Source: Mycolicibacterium smegmatis (GTDB taxonomy: Bacteria > Actinomycetota > Actinomycetes > Mycobacteriales > Mycobacteriaceae). Taken from it: DNA of 32,000 nucleotides. The stretch covers positions 5,550,001 through 5,582,000 of the forward strand of contig NZ_LN831039.1 in the NCBI RefSeq assembly GCF_001457595.1, read 5' to 3'. How positions within the stretch are numbered: position 1 is the stretch's first letter; each line of letters starts with the position of its first letter. Below, piece after piece: positions 1-9,200 of this stretch. Under the pieces are notes generated by a model. It was given only the letters and a program-made list of their open reading frames with translations. It did not search any database and was not told the DNA's origin. A program made the translations under genes and the position numbers.

Positions 1-459
1 GAACCACTCGCCGGTGCGCACCTGCACCGGGATCGGCGTGATGAACGCCGCCAGCCGCTGACGGGCGATGCGCACGAGCCGGTCGAACATGCCGGGCAGG
101 TGCAGGATCGTGTCGAACGCGTCCCGGTCCCCCACCCAGCCGATGACCGGTTCGGCCGCCACCACCGTCGCGGTGCGCGGCGCGTCGCGCAGCAGCGCGA
201 TCTCGCCGATGATGAGGCCCGGCTCAATGTCGAGGACGATCGGCGGGCCGTCGGCGACCGCATGGCTCACCTGGACGCGGCCCGACTCGATCAGCATGAA
301 GGTCAACGCGGGGTCGCCCTGCCGGATCAGCACCTGACCGGGCTCGGCCTTGAGGGGACGCAGCTGGGTGGCCAGCGGTTCGAGCGCGGACGGTCGGCAA
401 CCTGTGAAGAACTCAAGGGCCGCCAGATCGGCGGCGCGAACCTCGGTCAGTTCCGCCAC
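1..459 (-). CDS. cyclic nucleotide-binding (Crp/Fnr-type) domain protein, 3' part lies beyond the window edge
   Basis: Minus-strand reading frame [101 protein letters not shown]..., with the classic cNMP-binding pattern (G-E-I-A-L-L...R-T-A-T-V). GTG start at 457-459. Confidence 0.8.
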
Positions 460-679
460 ATTCCCAGGCTACGACGTGGCTTCTCCGCCGGTCAGACCTT
501 GGCGATTCCGTCCACGACACGCGCCAGACGGCCTAGGCTGCGCGGGTCGCAACCGGCAGGCAAAGCCACCCAGGTGTCGCCCGAACGGACGACAGCTATC
601 GCGGGAGTTTCGGGACCGCTACTCTGCCGCGAACACAACTGGACGCCGTCGGCCACCGATTTTCCGGGCCCCGGCGGGG

Positions 680-1234
680 TCAGCTCCCGAACATGATTTC
701 GTCGAGCTCGAGAGCCTTCATCTCGAGCCTCTGCCCCAGATAGATGTCGGCCTGCACCAGCCTCTCGGCGTGCCAGCGAATGTCTTCGGCATGCTCACGC
801 GAGGCCGTGAAACGCTTCGCCATCGTCGCGACATCTATTCGCCGGGTGTCACGGACGGACAGGTCCTCACCGACGCGAAATCCGTCGGCCTCAGCCGCGG
901 CGATCGCCTCGAGAACCTGGTTCACCGACCGCCGGATGTCGCGGCTGCCGTCCTCGGCGATGTTGGCGGCCTCGCGCTGGATGTCACCCTGCTGCCGCAC
1001 GAGCGCCGCGTCGGCCGTCACCCGCTCGAGTGCGACCTCGCCGGCATTTCCCGACCACTCGCTTCCGCCGGGAGCGGCGACATTCTGCCGATGCCACTCG
1101 AACAGTTCCTCCGACTGTGCGGCCATCTGACGCCAGCGCATGGCGGCGTCATCGAGATGGCTTGTGTCCCAATTTTCTATCTGGGAACGCGTGGGTATGG
1201 CGCCGGGGCTTCCGGCGGTGTGGGTGGTGCTCAC
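680..1234 (-). CDS. hypothetical helical protein with a WSG (WXG-like) motif, putative type VII secretion-associated protein
   Basis: 184-aa ORF (MSTTHTAGSPGAIPTRSQIENWDTSHLDDAAMRWRQMAAQ...SEWSGNAGEVALERV). Start overlaps the stop of the upstream EspC-like ORF (ATGA, 1231-1234). Confidence 0.65.
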   Translation of the reverse strand: MSTTHTAGSPGAIPTRSQIENWDTSHLDDAAMRWRQMAAQSEELFEWHRQNVAAPGGSEWSGNAGEVALERVTADAALVRQQGDIQREAANIAEDGSRDIRRSVNQVLEAIAAAEADGFRVGEDLSVRDTRRIDVATMAKRFTASREHAEDIRWHAERLVQADIYLGQRLEMKALELDEIMFGS

Positions 1235-1533
1235 ATCAACTCCGCCATACCCCCAGCAGAGTCTTCGTCGGCAGTTTCGAAGAGAAGCGCGCCGGCGAGC
1301 ATGTCGGCCGCCTGAGCGTTGATCCGGGTGGACTGGCGGGCCCGTGCCGCCGTGATGGCAGCGTCCATCGCCGACACACCCGCGTGGGTCGGGCTGTCGG
1401 CGCCCACGCCGACATGGCCGACCGTCAATTCAGCTGCGATCAACTCACTGCTGACCGCACCCGCTCTGAGCCCGCCCGAATCGACTCTCAGATCGCTTGC
1501 CATTGCAATCCCCCAACTGGCCAATCTGCTCAA
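1231..1533 (-). CDS. EspC/DUF2580-like type VII secretion target family small protein
   Basis: 100-aa ORF MSRLASWGIAMASDLRVDSGGLRAGAVSSELIAAEL...; size, 'LRVDSGGLRAGA' N-terminus and coupled partner fit ESX-associated small proteins. An internal start (MASDLRV) is also possible. Confidence 0.6.
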   Translation of the reverse strand: MSRLASWGIAMASDLRVDSGGLRAGAVSSELIAAELTVGHVGVGADSPTHAGVSAMDAAITAARARQSTRINAQAADMLAGALLFETADEDSAGGMAELM

Positions 1534-2211
1534 GGCAATCTACATCGGGAATCGTCTGTCCTCTACAACGGGGGACGATTGATTTCGTTTCCTTCCGCCC
1601 GAATGTCGGCGAATATCGCACATCGCAGATCGCTTGCCTGAGGCGGCTTTTGAGCGCCCCTCCAATGAATTTACTTACACTTCCGTCAGTTACACGTGTA
1701 CCAGCAGTTCTGGCAAAGAATTCCAACGGTTCTGCGCTAATGATCAACCTTTGTCCCACACGAAATCAGCAAATTGCTGCGATACAAACCGCACATGCTC
1801 ATACGCTGTGACTTAGCTCGCATTGTGCCGGTTTCGTGCCACGTCACGACCGATTGGCGGGTCGTTGCCGGACGGGTGGCTACGGATTCCGACGTACGTT
1901 CGTATGACATGCCGCGAACATCTCTCCAGCCGCTTTATTCGTATGACTTTTTCACCGACGCCGAGAGTGCAGATTCATACGCCTCCCGCGGCTTGTTGCG
2001 TATGAAACTGCACGGTCAGCGGATTTTTTGGGGCGGTAACCCCAACCGGCCCGGGCGCGTCGGATCCACTTGGGTCGCAAGAGCATCGATGACACCAGAT
2101 GTCCCACTTGCCCCAACCGGGAGAACTGCCCCGATCACCATTCAGACACACCGGCCCCTGTGGCAACATGGTGGCCCGCTCGGCGATGCGGCCGGCGGGG
2201 AAGGCGGCACA

Positions 2212-3150
2212 GTGTCGGGTCACCAGCCGGGTCATCCCGTGCGCGGTGTGGCCGCGTCGCTCGGCGCATCGGCATTGTTCGGGCTGATCTTCTACATCTC
2301 CGGTGTCGTCGACGCACCGTCGGAGATGGTGTTCGGCTGTCGGATCCTGGTCACCTTCGGCTGTTACGCCGTGCTCCTGCTGCATCCGACCGCGCGCGCG
2401 GCGCTCGCCGCATACTGGGCCGCGCTGCGAGCCGCGCGCTGGAACCCCGCCCTGCTCGCCGGATTGTCACTGCTCGTGGGCCTTCAGCTGTGGCTGTTCA
2501 TCTGGGGCCCCATGCACGGCCACGCGTTGAGCATCTCGCTGGGGTATCTGCTGCTGCCGATCGTGCTGGTGCTCGCCGGCCGGTTCGTGTTGTCCGCACA
2601 TGTGACGACCGCTCAGTGGGTGGCCGTGGCCATCGCAGGTGTGGCCGTCGCGTCCAAGATCTCCCTGTCCCCGGACGTCTCGTGGACCACGTTCGCGGTG
2701 TGCCTCGGATACCCGCTGTACTTCGTCATCCGCCGACGCGCGGGTCTGGACGGGCCCGCGGCGTTCGGTGTGGAGATGGCGGTCCTGGGACCCGTCGCGA
2801 TCGCCCTCGTCGCGCTCGCCGACACGTCGGGCGTGAGCCCGTCCGGATACGCCGGGGTGGCCGCCGTGGCATTCGCGGGCGCGGCGGGCATGGCCGCGTT
2901 CCTCGCGGCGTCGCGGCTCCTCACGCTGCCGGTTTTCGGGCTGCTCGGGTACAGCGAACCGGTGCTGCTGGTGGGAGTCGCGATACTCCTCGGCGAGCGG
3001 ATCCAGGCTCCCGATCTCGTGGTGTACGCGATGCTCGCCGTCGCGCTGGCGATCCTGGCGACCGACGGATTCCGCACCGCACGCCGGGCCGGCACCACCG
3101 TGCACAGTCGTTCAAGACAACCCGAGGACTGCGTGACTACAACGGGGTGA
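2212..3150 (+). CDS. EamA/DMT-superfamily transporter
   Basis: In-frame GTG at 2212 within the 1774..3150 ORF; about 10 hydrophobic segments, C-terminal 'LGYSEPVLLVGVAILLGERIQ' typical of EamA domains. Start is uncertain. Confidence 0.75.
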   Translation: MSGHQPGHPVRGVAASLGASALFGLIFYISGVVDAPSEMVFGCRILVTFGCYAVLLLHPTARAALAAYWAALRAARWNPALLAGLSLLVGLQLWLFIWGPMHGHALSISLGYLLLPIVLVLAGRFVLSAHVTTAQWVAVAIAGVAVASKISLSPDVSWTTFAVCLGYPLYFVIRRRAGLDGPAAFGVEMAVLGPVAIALVALADTSGVSPSGYAGVAAVAFAGAAGMAAFLAASRLLTLPVFGLLGYSEPVLLVGVAILLGERIQAPDLVVYAMLAVALAILATDGFRTARRAGTTVHSRSRQPEDCVTTTG

Positions 3151-3200
3151 GCGGCCGCCGGGCCGCGGCGATACCGTGTGACTCGGAAGGGCACGATCAC

Positions 3201-4079
3201 GTGACGTCGGTGGGGTTTGTCGGTTTGGGCATCATGGGCCGGCCCATGGCTCTCAACCTGGCGTGGTCGGGAACACCACTCGTGGTGTGGAACCGCACGC
3301 TCGAACGCTGTCTGCCCGTCGAGGCCGCGGGGGCACGCGTGGCCTCACACGTCGGCGAGGTGTTCGACCGCTGCGAGACCGTGATCCTCATGCTGGCCGA
3401 CGAATCCGCCATCGACGACGTCCTGGGTTGCCAGACAAGCGCTTTCGACGGTCTGGTGCGCCGTCACACGATCGTGCAGATGGGCACCGTCGACCCCGGC
3501 TATTCGCGGCGGCTCGCCGACCGGGTTGCCGGCGCCGGTGGGTGCTACGTCGAGGCGCCCGTATCGGGTTCCCGCGGCCCCGCCGAGGCCGGTGAACTGG
3601 TCGCGATGCTCGCCGGCGCACCCGAGGACTGCACGCACGTCCGTGCCATCATCGCACCCATGTGCAGAGCGGTGTTCGATTGCGGCACACCGCCACACGC
3701 ACTGCTCACCAAGTTCGCGGTGAACCTGTTCATGATCGCCATGGTGACCGGACTGGCCGAGGCCTACCATTTCGCCGAGGGCCACGGCGTGGACCCGGCA
3801 CTGCTCGACCGCATCCTGGATGCGAGCCCGATGGCATCGACGGTGTCGCGGGCGAAATCGGCCAAGCTCGCGCGCCGGGATTTCGAGGTGCAGGCCGGTC
3901 TCGCCGACGTCCACAAGAACACCGATCTGATCACCCGAGCCGCACGCTCGCGCGGGATCGCCTCCCCGGTGCTCGACGCGTGCCATGCGCTCTACGGCGA
4001 GGCCGTCGCGCTCGGCCACCTGACCGAGGACATGGCCGCGGTGATCCACGCCGTCCGTGCTCGAACCGCCGCCGCGTGA
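3201..4079 (+). CDS. NAD-binding 6-phosphogluconate/3-hydroxyisobutyrate dehydrogenase family oxidoreductase
   Basis: VTSVGFVGLGIMGRPMALNLAWSGTPLVVWNRT...YVEAPVSGSRGPAEAGELVAMLAG: N-terminal GxGxMG Rossmann motif plus the substrate loop. Confidence 0.85.
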   Translation: MTSVGFVGLGIMGRPMALNLAWSGTPLVVWNRTLERCLPVEAAGARVASHVGEVFDRCETVILMLADESAIDDVLGCQTSAFDGLVRRHTIVQMGTVDPGYSRRLADRVAGAGGCYVEAPVSGSRGPAEAGELVAMLAGAPEDCTHVRAIIAPMCRAVFDCGTPPHALLTKFAVNLFMIAMVTGLAEAYHFAEGHGVDPALLDRILDASPMASTVSRAKSAKLARRDFEVQAGLADVHKNTDLITRAARSRGIASPVLDACHALYGEAVALGHLTEDMAAVIHAVRARTAAA

Positions 4080-5233
4080 GGACGCGCTCGCCCGCGCCGC
4101 TGGTCGGTCTGTGCGTGGTCGAGTTCCTCAGCTGGGGCATCCTGTACTACACGCTTCCGGTGATCGGGGTCCGTATCACCGCGGCGACCGGGTGGCCACC
4201 GCTGGTCGTCCCGGTCGTCTACACCACGAGCCTGTTGTGTGCGGCGTTCGCGACCCCGTGGGCGGGCCGCATGGTCGATCGCCACGGGCCGCGACCCGTG
4301 ATGACGCTGGGTTCGCTGGTCGGCGCGTGCGCGCTCGTGCTGGCCGGTGTCACGGGATGGCTGCCGTTGTTCGCGGTGGCCTGGCTGGTTGTGGGTGTCG
4401 CGCAGGCAGGCACGCTGTATCCGCCCGCGTTCGCCGCGGCGACGCAGTGGTTCGGGACCGTGCGGGCCTGGCCGCTGACGGCGATCACGCTGGCCGGCGG
4501 GGTCTCGTCGACGGCGTTCGCGCCGCTCACCGCCGCGCTGAACGAAAAGCTGGGCTGGCAGACCACACTCGTGGTGCTGGGGACCGGATACGGCGTGGTG
4601 AGCACCGCGGCGGCTGCCCTGATGCTGACGTCGCGGTGGCGCCGCCCGGTGCGGGAGGGCGCCGAGCATGCCGAGTACGTGAGGCAGATCGTGCGCAGCG
4701 CACCGTTCCGCCGCAGCCGCCTCGCTCTGGCGATGACGGCCCTCGGGCTCTATGCCGTGACGCTCAACGTCATCCCGCTGCTCACCGAGCTCGGATTCGG
4801 TTATCACAGTGCGGCAATCGTGTTCGGGTTGATCGGCGTCGGGCAGGTCTTCGGCCGCGTGCTGTACTTGCCGTTGCGCCGCCTCGGCACCCCGCGGGCC
4901 CGCACCACGGCTCAGGTCGCGGCGAGCACCGCCGGAATGGGGATCCTGGCCGTCGTGACCGCTCCCCTGGCGCTGGCGGCGTCGGCCGCGATGTTCGCCG
5001 GGGCCGCGCGCGGAACCCACACCCTGTCGGTCGCCAACGCGGTCACCGACCGGTGGGGCGCGGAGTCCTACGCCACCATCCTCGGCCGGTTCCACCGCCC
5101 CGTCGCGATCGCGATGGCGCTCGGACCGGCCACGGGATCGGCAATCGCGGCCGCGCTGGGCTCCTACCGAACCGCCGCGGCGCTTTTCGCCGTCCTCGGC
5201 GGGCTTGCCATCCTGACCGCACGACGAAGCTGA
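4076..5233 (+). CDS. MFS transporter
   Basis: GTGA overlap with the preceding stop (4076-4079). Multi-TM protein VRTRSPAPLVGLCVVEFLSWGILYYTLPVIGVRI... with 'PWAGRMVDRHGPRPVM' MFS loop 2-3 motif. Confidence 0.85.
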   Translation: MRTRSPAPLVGLCVVEFLSWGILYYTLPVIGVRITAATGWPPLVVPVVYTTSLLCAAFATPWAGRMVDRHGPRPVMTLGSLVGACALVLAGVTGWLPLFAVAWLVVGVAQAGTLYPPAFAAATQWFGTVRAWPLTAITLAGGVSSTAFAPLTAALNEKLGWQTTLVVLGTGYGVVSTAAAALMLTSRWRRPVREGAEHAEYVRQIVRSAPFRRSRLALAMTALGLYAVTLNVIPLLTELGFGYHSAAIVFGLIGVGQVFGRVLYLPLRRLGTPRARTTAQVAASTAGMGILAVVTAPLALAASAAMFAGAARGTHTLSVANAVTDRWGAESYATILGRFHRPVAIAMALGPATGSAIAAALGSYRTAAALFAVLGGLAILTARRS

Positions 5234-5248
5234 ATACGGGAGGAACAC

Positions 5249-5974
5249 ATGACGGTGATCGTGACCGGCGGCAGCCGGGGTATCGGTCGTCAGATCGTCG
5301 AGCGACTGGTCCGCGACGGTCACGACGTGGTGTTCACGCATTCGGATTCCGAGGCCGACGCGGCCGAGGTGGAGCGCACGTGCGGTGCGGGGGCCCGCGG
5401 TGTGCGACTCGACGTCACCGATGCCGACGCACCGGGCCGGTTGTTCGACACGGCGGAAGCCACGGGCACGGTGACGGCCCTGGTGAACAACGCGGGCGTG
5501 ACCGGCCCCCTGGGACCGCTGACCGCGCTGGACGACGACGCACTGCGCCGCACCGTCGAGGTGAATCTCGTTGCGGCGGCGCGGTTGTGCCGGGAGGCCG
5601 CGCAGCGGTGGCAGCCCCGGCCTGCAGAGCGCCGCGACATCGTCAACGTGTCCTCGGTCGCGGCCCGCACCGCCTCGCCCGGAGAGTACGTCGTCTACGC
5701 CGCGACCAAGGCCGCACTCGACACGCTCACGCTGGGCCTCGCAAAAGAGCTGGGCCCTTCGGGTGTCCGCGTGAACTCCGTGCGGGCAGGCACCACCGAC
5801 ACCACCATCCACGCACGTGCGGGTGACCCCGACCGACCCCGACGCGTCGCGCGGCACGTCCCCCTCGGGCGGGTCGCCGAACCCGGTGAGATCGCCGCTG
5901 CCGTCGCGTGGTTGCTGTCGGCCGACGCCGCCTACGTGAGCGGGTCGGTGCTCGACGTCACCGGCGGCTTGTGA
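5249..5974 (+). CDS. SDR-family oxidoreductase (FabG-like)
   Basis: MTVIVTGGSRGIGRQIVERLVRDG...ALVNNAGVTG...YVVYAATKAALDTLTLGLAKEL: TGxxxGIG, NNAG and YxxxK motifs. Confidence 0.9.
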   Translation: MTVIVTGGSRGIGRQIVERLVRDGHDVVFTHSDSEADAAEVERTCGAGARGVRLDVTDADAPGRLFDTAEATGTVTALVNNAGVTGPLGPLTALDDDALRRTVEVNLVAAARLCREAAQRWQPRPAERRDIVNVSSVAARTASPGEYVVYAATKAALDTLTLGLAKELGPSGVRVNSVRAGTTDTTIHARAGDPDRPRRVARHVPLGRVAEPGEIAAAVAWLLSADAAYVSGSVLDVTGGL

Positions 5975-6771
5975 CGCACCGCGCCGCTCCACGCGGCGGG
6001 TGTCAAACCGTATGCGGCCTTGAACTTGCGGGTGAAGTGCGCCTGGTCGGCGAAGCCCGCGGCGTGCGCGGCCTCGGCGAGCGCCGCTCCCCCGACGATG
6101 AGTGAGCGCGCCAACTGCAACTGGCGCATGGTCCTGAACCGGCTGGGGCTGGTACCGAACGCAGCCCGGAACTGGCGGGCCACCGACCATCGGTCCATGC
6201 CCGCGATACGTTCGACGTCGGCGGCGCGGTAACGGCGAGACGGGTTGTCCATCAGGCTTTCCCGCACCCGCGTGATCGCGGCGCGGTCCAGTCTCTGTGG
6301 GACGACGCGACCGGCACTACTGTGGGCGCTCAGCATGTCGGCGATCACGGTGACGACGTCGGTCGCGGCCAGGTCGTCGTCCTCGTCGTCGGTGCCGTCA
6401 CGTTGCAGGTACCGGGTGAGCGCACGTGGCACCTTCGCACCGTCCACGATCGGATCCACGACGAACGGCAGGTGCCTGCCCGACGATTCGAAGACCAGGG
6501 CCGGGTCGACGTAGACGATGCGGTAGGCGAACCCGTCGTCGGTGCCGGGAACTCCGTCGTGCAGTTCGTCGGGATGCAGCACATGCCACTGCCCGGGAAG
6601 ACACACCCGCTTGGTGCCGCGGTACGAAAAGGTCTGCACACCAGACAGAGTCATGCCGATCGCATAGGTGTCGTGGCGGTGCGGCGTGAACCCCTCGCCG
6701 CGCAGGCGGGCCTGCAACCGCTCGATGCCGGGCGCACCGCCGATCGGCGTGAAGTGCGCACCGGTCCGCAT
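5932..6771 (-). CDS. AraC-family transcriptional regulator
   Basis: Cupin-like N-terminus and C-terminal double HTH (YRAADVERIAGMDRWSVARQFRAAFGTSPSRFRTMRQLQLARSLI...AAHAAGFADQAHFTRKFKAAYGLTPAAW). Start chosen at MRTGAHFTP; the longest ORF extends to 6981. Confidence 0.88.
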   Translation of the reverse strand: MRTGAHFTPIGGAPGIERLQARLRGEGFTPHRHDTYAIGMTLSGVQTFSYRGTKRVCLPGQWHVLHPDELHDGVPGTDDGFAYRIVYVDPALVFESSGRHLPFVVDPIVDGAKVPRALTRYLQRDGTDDEDDDLAATDVVTVIADMLSAHSSAGRVVPQRLDRAAITRVRESLMDNPSRRYRAADVERIAGMDRWSVARQFRAAFGTSPSRFRTMRQLQLARSLIVGGAALAEAAHAAGFADQAHFTRKFKAAYGLTPAAWSGAVRHKPPVTSSTDPLT

Positions 6772-6983
6772 GTTCGATGCCACGAACCGATTACACCCCG
6801 AGTTGCCGCGTGGGACTCGGTCCAGTTCGCGGCATCTGGCCTGGATTTTCGAGCAGTTCCTGTGAATAGTCGGCAGCGTCCCGTCGCCGAGCCCGACCTC
6901 ATGGCTGTGATTTCGGAGCTTCAGCTTGAAATCACGACCGTGGTGTCCGTATCGCGGACGGGACCCGATCAAGAAACACAAAA

Positions 6984-7007
6984 GGCAGGTCAGTCGCCTG
7001 ACCTGCC
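6984..7007 (-). terminator. intrinsic terminator of the tRNA-Ala gene
   Basis: Perfect 10-bp stem GGCAGGTCAG/CTGACCTGCC with 4-nt loop, followed on the minus strand by TTTTGTGTTTC. Confidence 0.85.
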
Positions 7008-7013
7008 ATCTTG

Positions 7014-7086
7014 TGGAGCTAAGGGGAATCGAACCCCTGACCTACTCGATGCGAACGAGTCGCGCTACCAACTGCGCCATAGCCCC
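7014..7086 (-). tRNA. tRNA-Ala(CGC)
   Basis: Minus strand GGGGCTATGGCGCAGTTGGTAGCGCGACTCGTTCGCATCGAGTAGGTCAGGGGTTCGATTCCCCTTAGCTCCA: 7-bp acceptor with the G3:U70 alanine identity pair, 5-bp anticodon stem, loop TTCGCAT (anticodon CGC), TTCGATT T-loop. Confidence 0.95.
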
Positions 7087-7152
7087 TTGTGCCGGAACGA
7101 AAGGCTACCAGCCGGAGGCCCGAGATATGAAACCGGGCCTCCGACATCCGCC

Positions 7153-8307
7153 TTACTGGCCCGAAGCCCGTGGTAGATCGTATTCGCGGGCGAACGTCGT
7201 GTACTCCAGGTGCTCGAAGATCGGGTCCTCGTCGTCGATGTCGAGCACCACCGCGCCGGGACGCCGCAGCCGCGCCGGCACGACGTCGAGCTTGCGATCG
7301 TCGGTGTTCTCCACACCGAGCCGCGAGCGACGCAGCCGCTGCGCACGACGGCGCCGCAACTGCTCCTCGATGCGCGTCTGCCTGCGCAGATACGCCAGGT
7401 ACAGCACGGTCAACGTCGCCGTGGTGCCGCACACCCACCAGGCCGTGGGCGTCACCAGGAACGCCGCGGCGGCCGAGGCCACGAGGATCAACGCGAACAG
7501 GGCGAGCACCCGCTTGCGGAACCGGTACTTGCGCTCGCTCACCTGGGCCGCGGTCTTGGACTCCATGCGCCGCTGCCGCGATGAGCTCATCGCCGCGGCC
7601 GGTGCCTCGTCCTCGGCGGTCTCCGGCTCGGTCTCGGGCTCCTCCAGACCCGACGAGTCGGCGACGTACTCGTATTCGTGGGCCGCGAGATCGGACTGGT
7701 CGTCGGCGGTGTCGTCCTCGTCGACAGGCGCCGCGGGCTCGTCGGCTTCTTCGGGCTCTTCGGCGACCTCCGCGACGGGCTCTGGCTCCTCCACCGCCTC
7801 ATCGGCCTCGTCGCCGGCCTCGTCGCCGGCCTCGTCGAGGTCGAGCGAAAGCTGGTCGGTCTGCGCGTCGTCGGCGGGCTCGACCTCCTCGACCACCTCG
7901 ACGTCCTCGATCTCGGGGGCGTGGGTCGCGCCGAGAGGCAGCGCGCCGGAGTCCTCTTCGACGATGTCGACGTCGAGGTAGTCGGGCTCGGCGGGCTCGG
8001 TCGCGGCTGCCGCCACGACCACGGCACGCTTGGGCGGACGGGAAGGCTCGGTCTCCTCGAGCTCGGCTTCGAACTCGTCGTCGAGATGATCGGGCGTGGG
8101 ACGCCAGTGCGGATCGCTGTTGTGCCCGGCCGCGGGACCCCGCCTCAACCGCTGCGCATTACGGCCGCTGTTGAGCACGCGCGTCGCCAATGCGACATCG
8201 CTCGTGCGCCGCACGGATTCGCGCTTGCTGATCAGCATCGGAACCAGCACGAAAAGCCAGAGAACGACGAGGGAGATCCACAGTAGTGATTGGGGGATGC
8301 TCGGCAT
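7153..8307 (-). CDS. glpR: GlpR/SepX-like divisome membrane protein (gephyrin-like molybdotransferase receptor, Rv0996-type)
   Basis: MPSIPQSLLWISLVVLWLFVLVPMLISKRESVRRTSDVALATRVLNSG..., N-terminal TM, long acidic linker, further TM pair (ALFALILVASAAAAFLVTP). Located next to rimJ-glp-galU as in mycobacteria and corynebacteria. Confidence 0.82.
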   Translation of the reverse strand: MPSIPQSLLWISLVVLWLFVLVPMLISKRESVRRTSDVALATRVLNSGRNAQRLRRGPAAGHNSDPHWRPTPDHLDDEFEAELEETEPSRPPKRAVVVAAAATEPAEPDYLDVDIVEEDSGALPLGATHAPEIEDVEVVEEVEPADDAQTDQLSLDLDEAGDEAGDEADEAVEEPEPVAEVAEEPEEADEPAAPVDEDDTADDQSDLAAHEYEYVADSSGLEEPETEPETAEDEAPAAAMSSSRQRRMESKTAAQVSERKYRFRKRVLALFALILVASAAAAFLVTPTAWWVCGTTATLTVLYLAYLRRQTRIEEQLRRRRAQRLRRSRLGVENTDDRKLDVVPARLRRPGAVVLDIDDEDPIFEHLEYTTFAREYDLPRASGQ

Positions 8308-8542
8308 GACGCCTGCTCCTTTCCCCTCCAGGCTAGGTCTGTGACCAGCGCATCCATGGGCGGCGCGCCGACCACAATTACACACCTGCAATTCACTCGA
8401 TACAAGCACCAACTGTCACAGGTGTCACATCAGTAACAGCGGATGAAATTGTTTTGCTTTGAGATTGCCTACAGGGCTGTGGATTCGGGGTAATCGCGAC
8501 CGTGGACGCAATCTCGACGCGCCGACACACCGGCGTGCCCGC

Positions 8543-9196
8543 TCAACACCATTCCGCGCGCCCGGCCGCCACGAGCCGGTGCGCTGCCGATTGCGGTAAT
8601 TCCTCGGCCGTGATGGCCACCAGAAGATGATCGCGCCACGCGCCGTCGACCTCGAGGTAGCGCTTCAGCAGCCCCTCCTCGCGGAAGCCCACGTGCGCCA
8701 GCACGGCCCGGCTCGGCGTGTTCTCCGGGCGCACCGTGGCCTCGATGCGATGCAACTGCACGGCGGTGAAGCAGTGGTCGAGCCCCATCGCGAGCGCGGC
8801 CGTCGCGATACCGCCACCGGTCCTGGAGCTCGCCACCCAGTAGCCGATCCAAGCCGAGCGCAGGGCCCCGTGCGTCACGTTGCCGATGGTCAACTGCCCC
8901 ACGAACTCGCCGTCCAGCTCGATCACGAACGGCAGCATGCGTCCGTGCCGCGCCTCGGCACGCAGACCCGAGCAGATCGACGGCCACGACGTAACCGCGT
9001 GGCGCACTTTCCAATCCATGCCGGTCATGGGCTCCCACGGTTCCAGGTGGTGCTGGTCGGCCAAACGGATCCGGCTCCACGCGGCCGCGTCGCGCATGCG
9101 CACCGGACGCAGCCCCACCACACCGGCAGGCACCCGCAACGGGCCCACGGTGTCCGGCCATCCCGGATGCACCGCACTCGCTCGTAAGATCCCCAT
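8543..9196 (-). CDS. rimJ: GNAT family acetyltransferase, RimJ-like
   Basis: VVGLRPVRMRDAAAW...LGYWVASSRTGGGIATAALAMGLDHCFTAVQLHRIEATVRPENTPSRAVLAHVGFREEGLLKRYLEVDGAWRDHLLVAI: canonical RimJ/RimL signature. Confidence 0.88.
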   Translation of the reverse strand: MGILRASAVHPGWPDTVGPLRVPAGVVGLRPVRMRDAAAWSRIRLADQHHLEPWEPMTGMDWKVRHAVTSWPSICSGLRAEARHGRMLPFVIELDGEFVGQLTIGNVTHGALRSAWIGYWVASSRTGGGIATAALAMGLDHCFTAVQLHRIEATVRPENTPSRAVLAHVGFREEGLLKRYLEVDGAWRDHLLVAITAEELPQSAAHRLVAAGRAEWC

Positions 9197-9200
9197 CTGG

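Noticed and set aside
2070-3200. long 5' extension of the 669-aa ORF upstream of the dehydrogenase
   Set aside because: It is out of frame with the EamA gene and Arg-rich; the homologous dehydrogenase begins at GTG 3201 with a normal Rossmann N-terminus.
3992-6190. 732-aa minus-strand ORF in the track
   Set aside because: Antisense to the MFS and SDR genes; Arg/His/Gly-rich composition typical of GC-rich shadow frames, no domain signature.
7014-7086. tRNA-Ala as an integration site for a mobile element
   Set aside because: No integrase, no duplicated 3' tRNA end and normal housekeeping genes on the glpR side, so no support for an integrated element.
7560-8000. repetitive gac/gag-type sequence considered as a DNA repeat array
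   Set aside because: It encodes the acidic Asp/Glu-rich linker of GlpR; no regular period.
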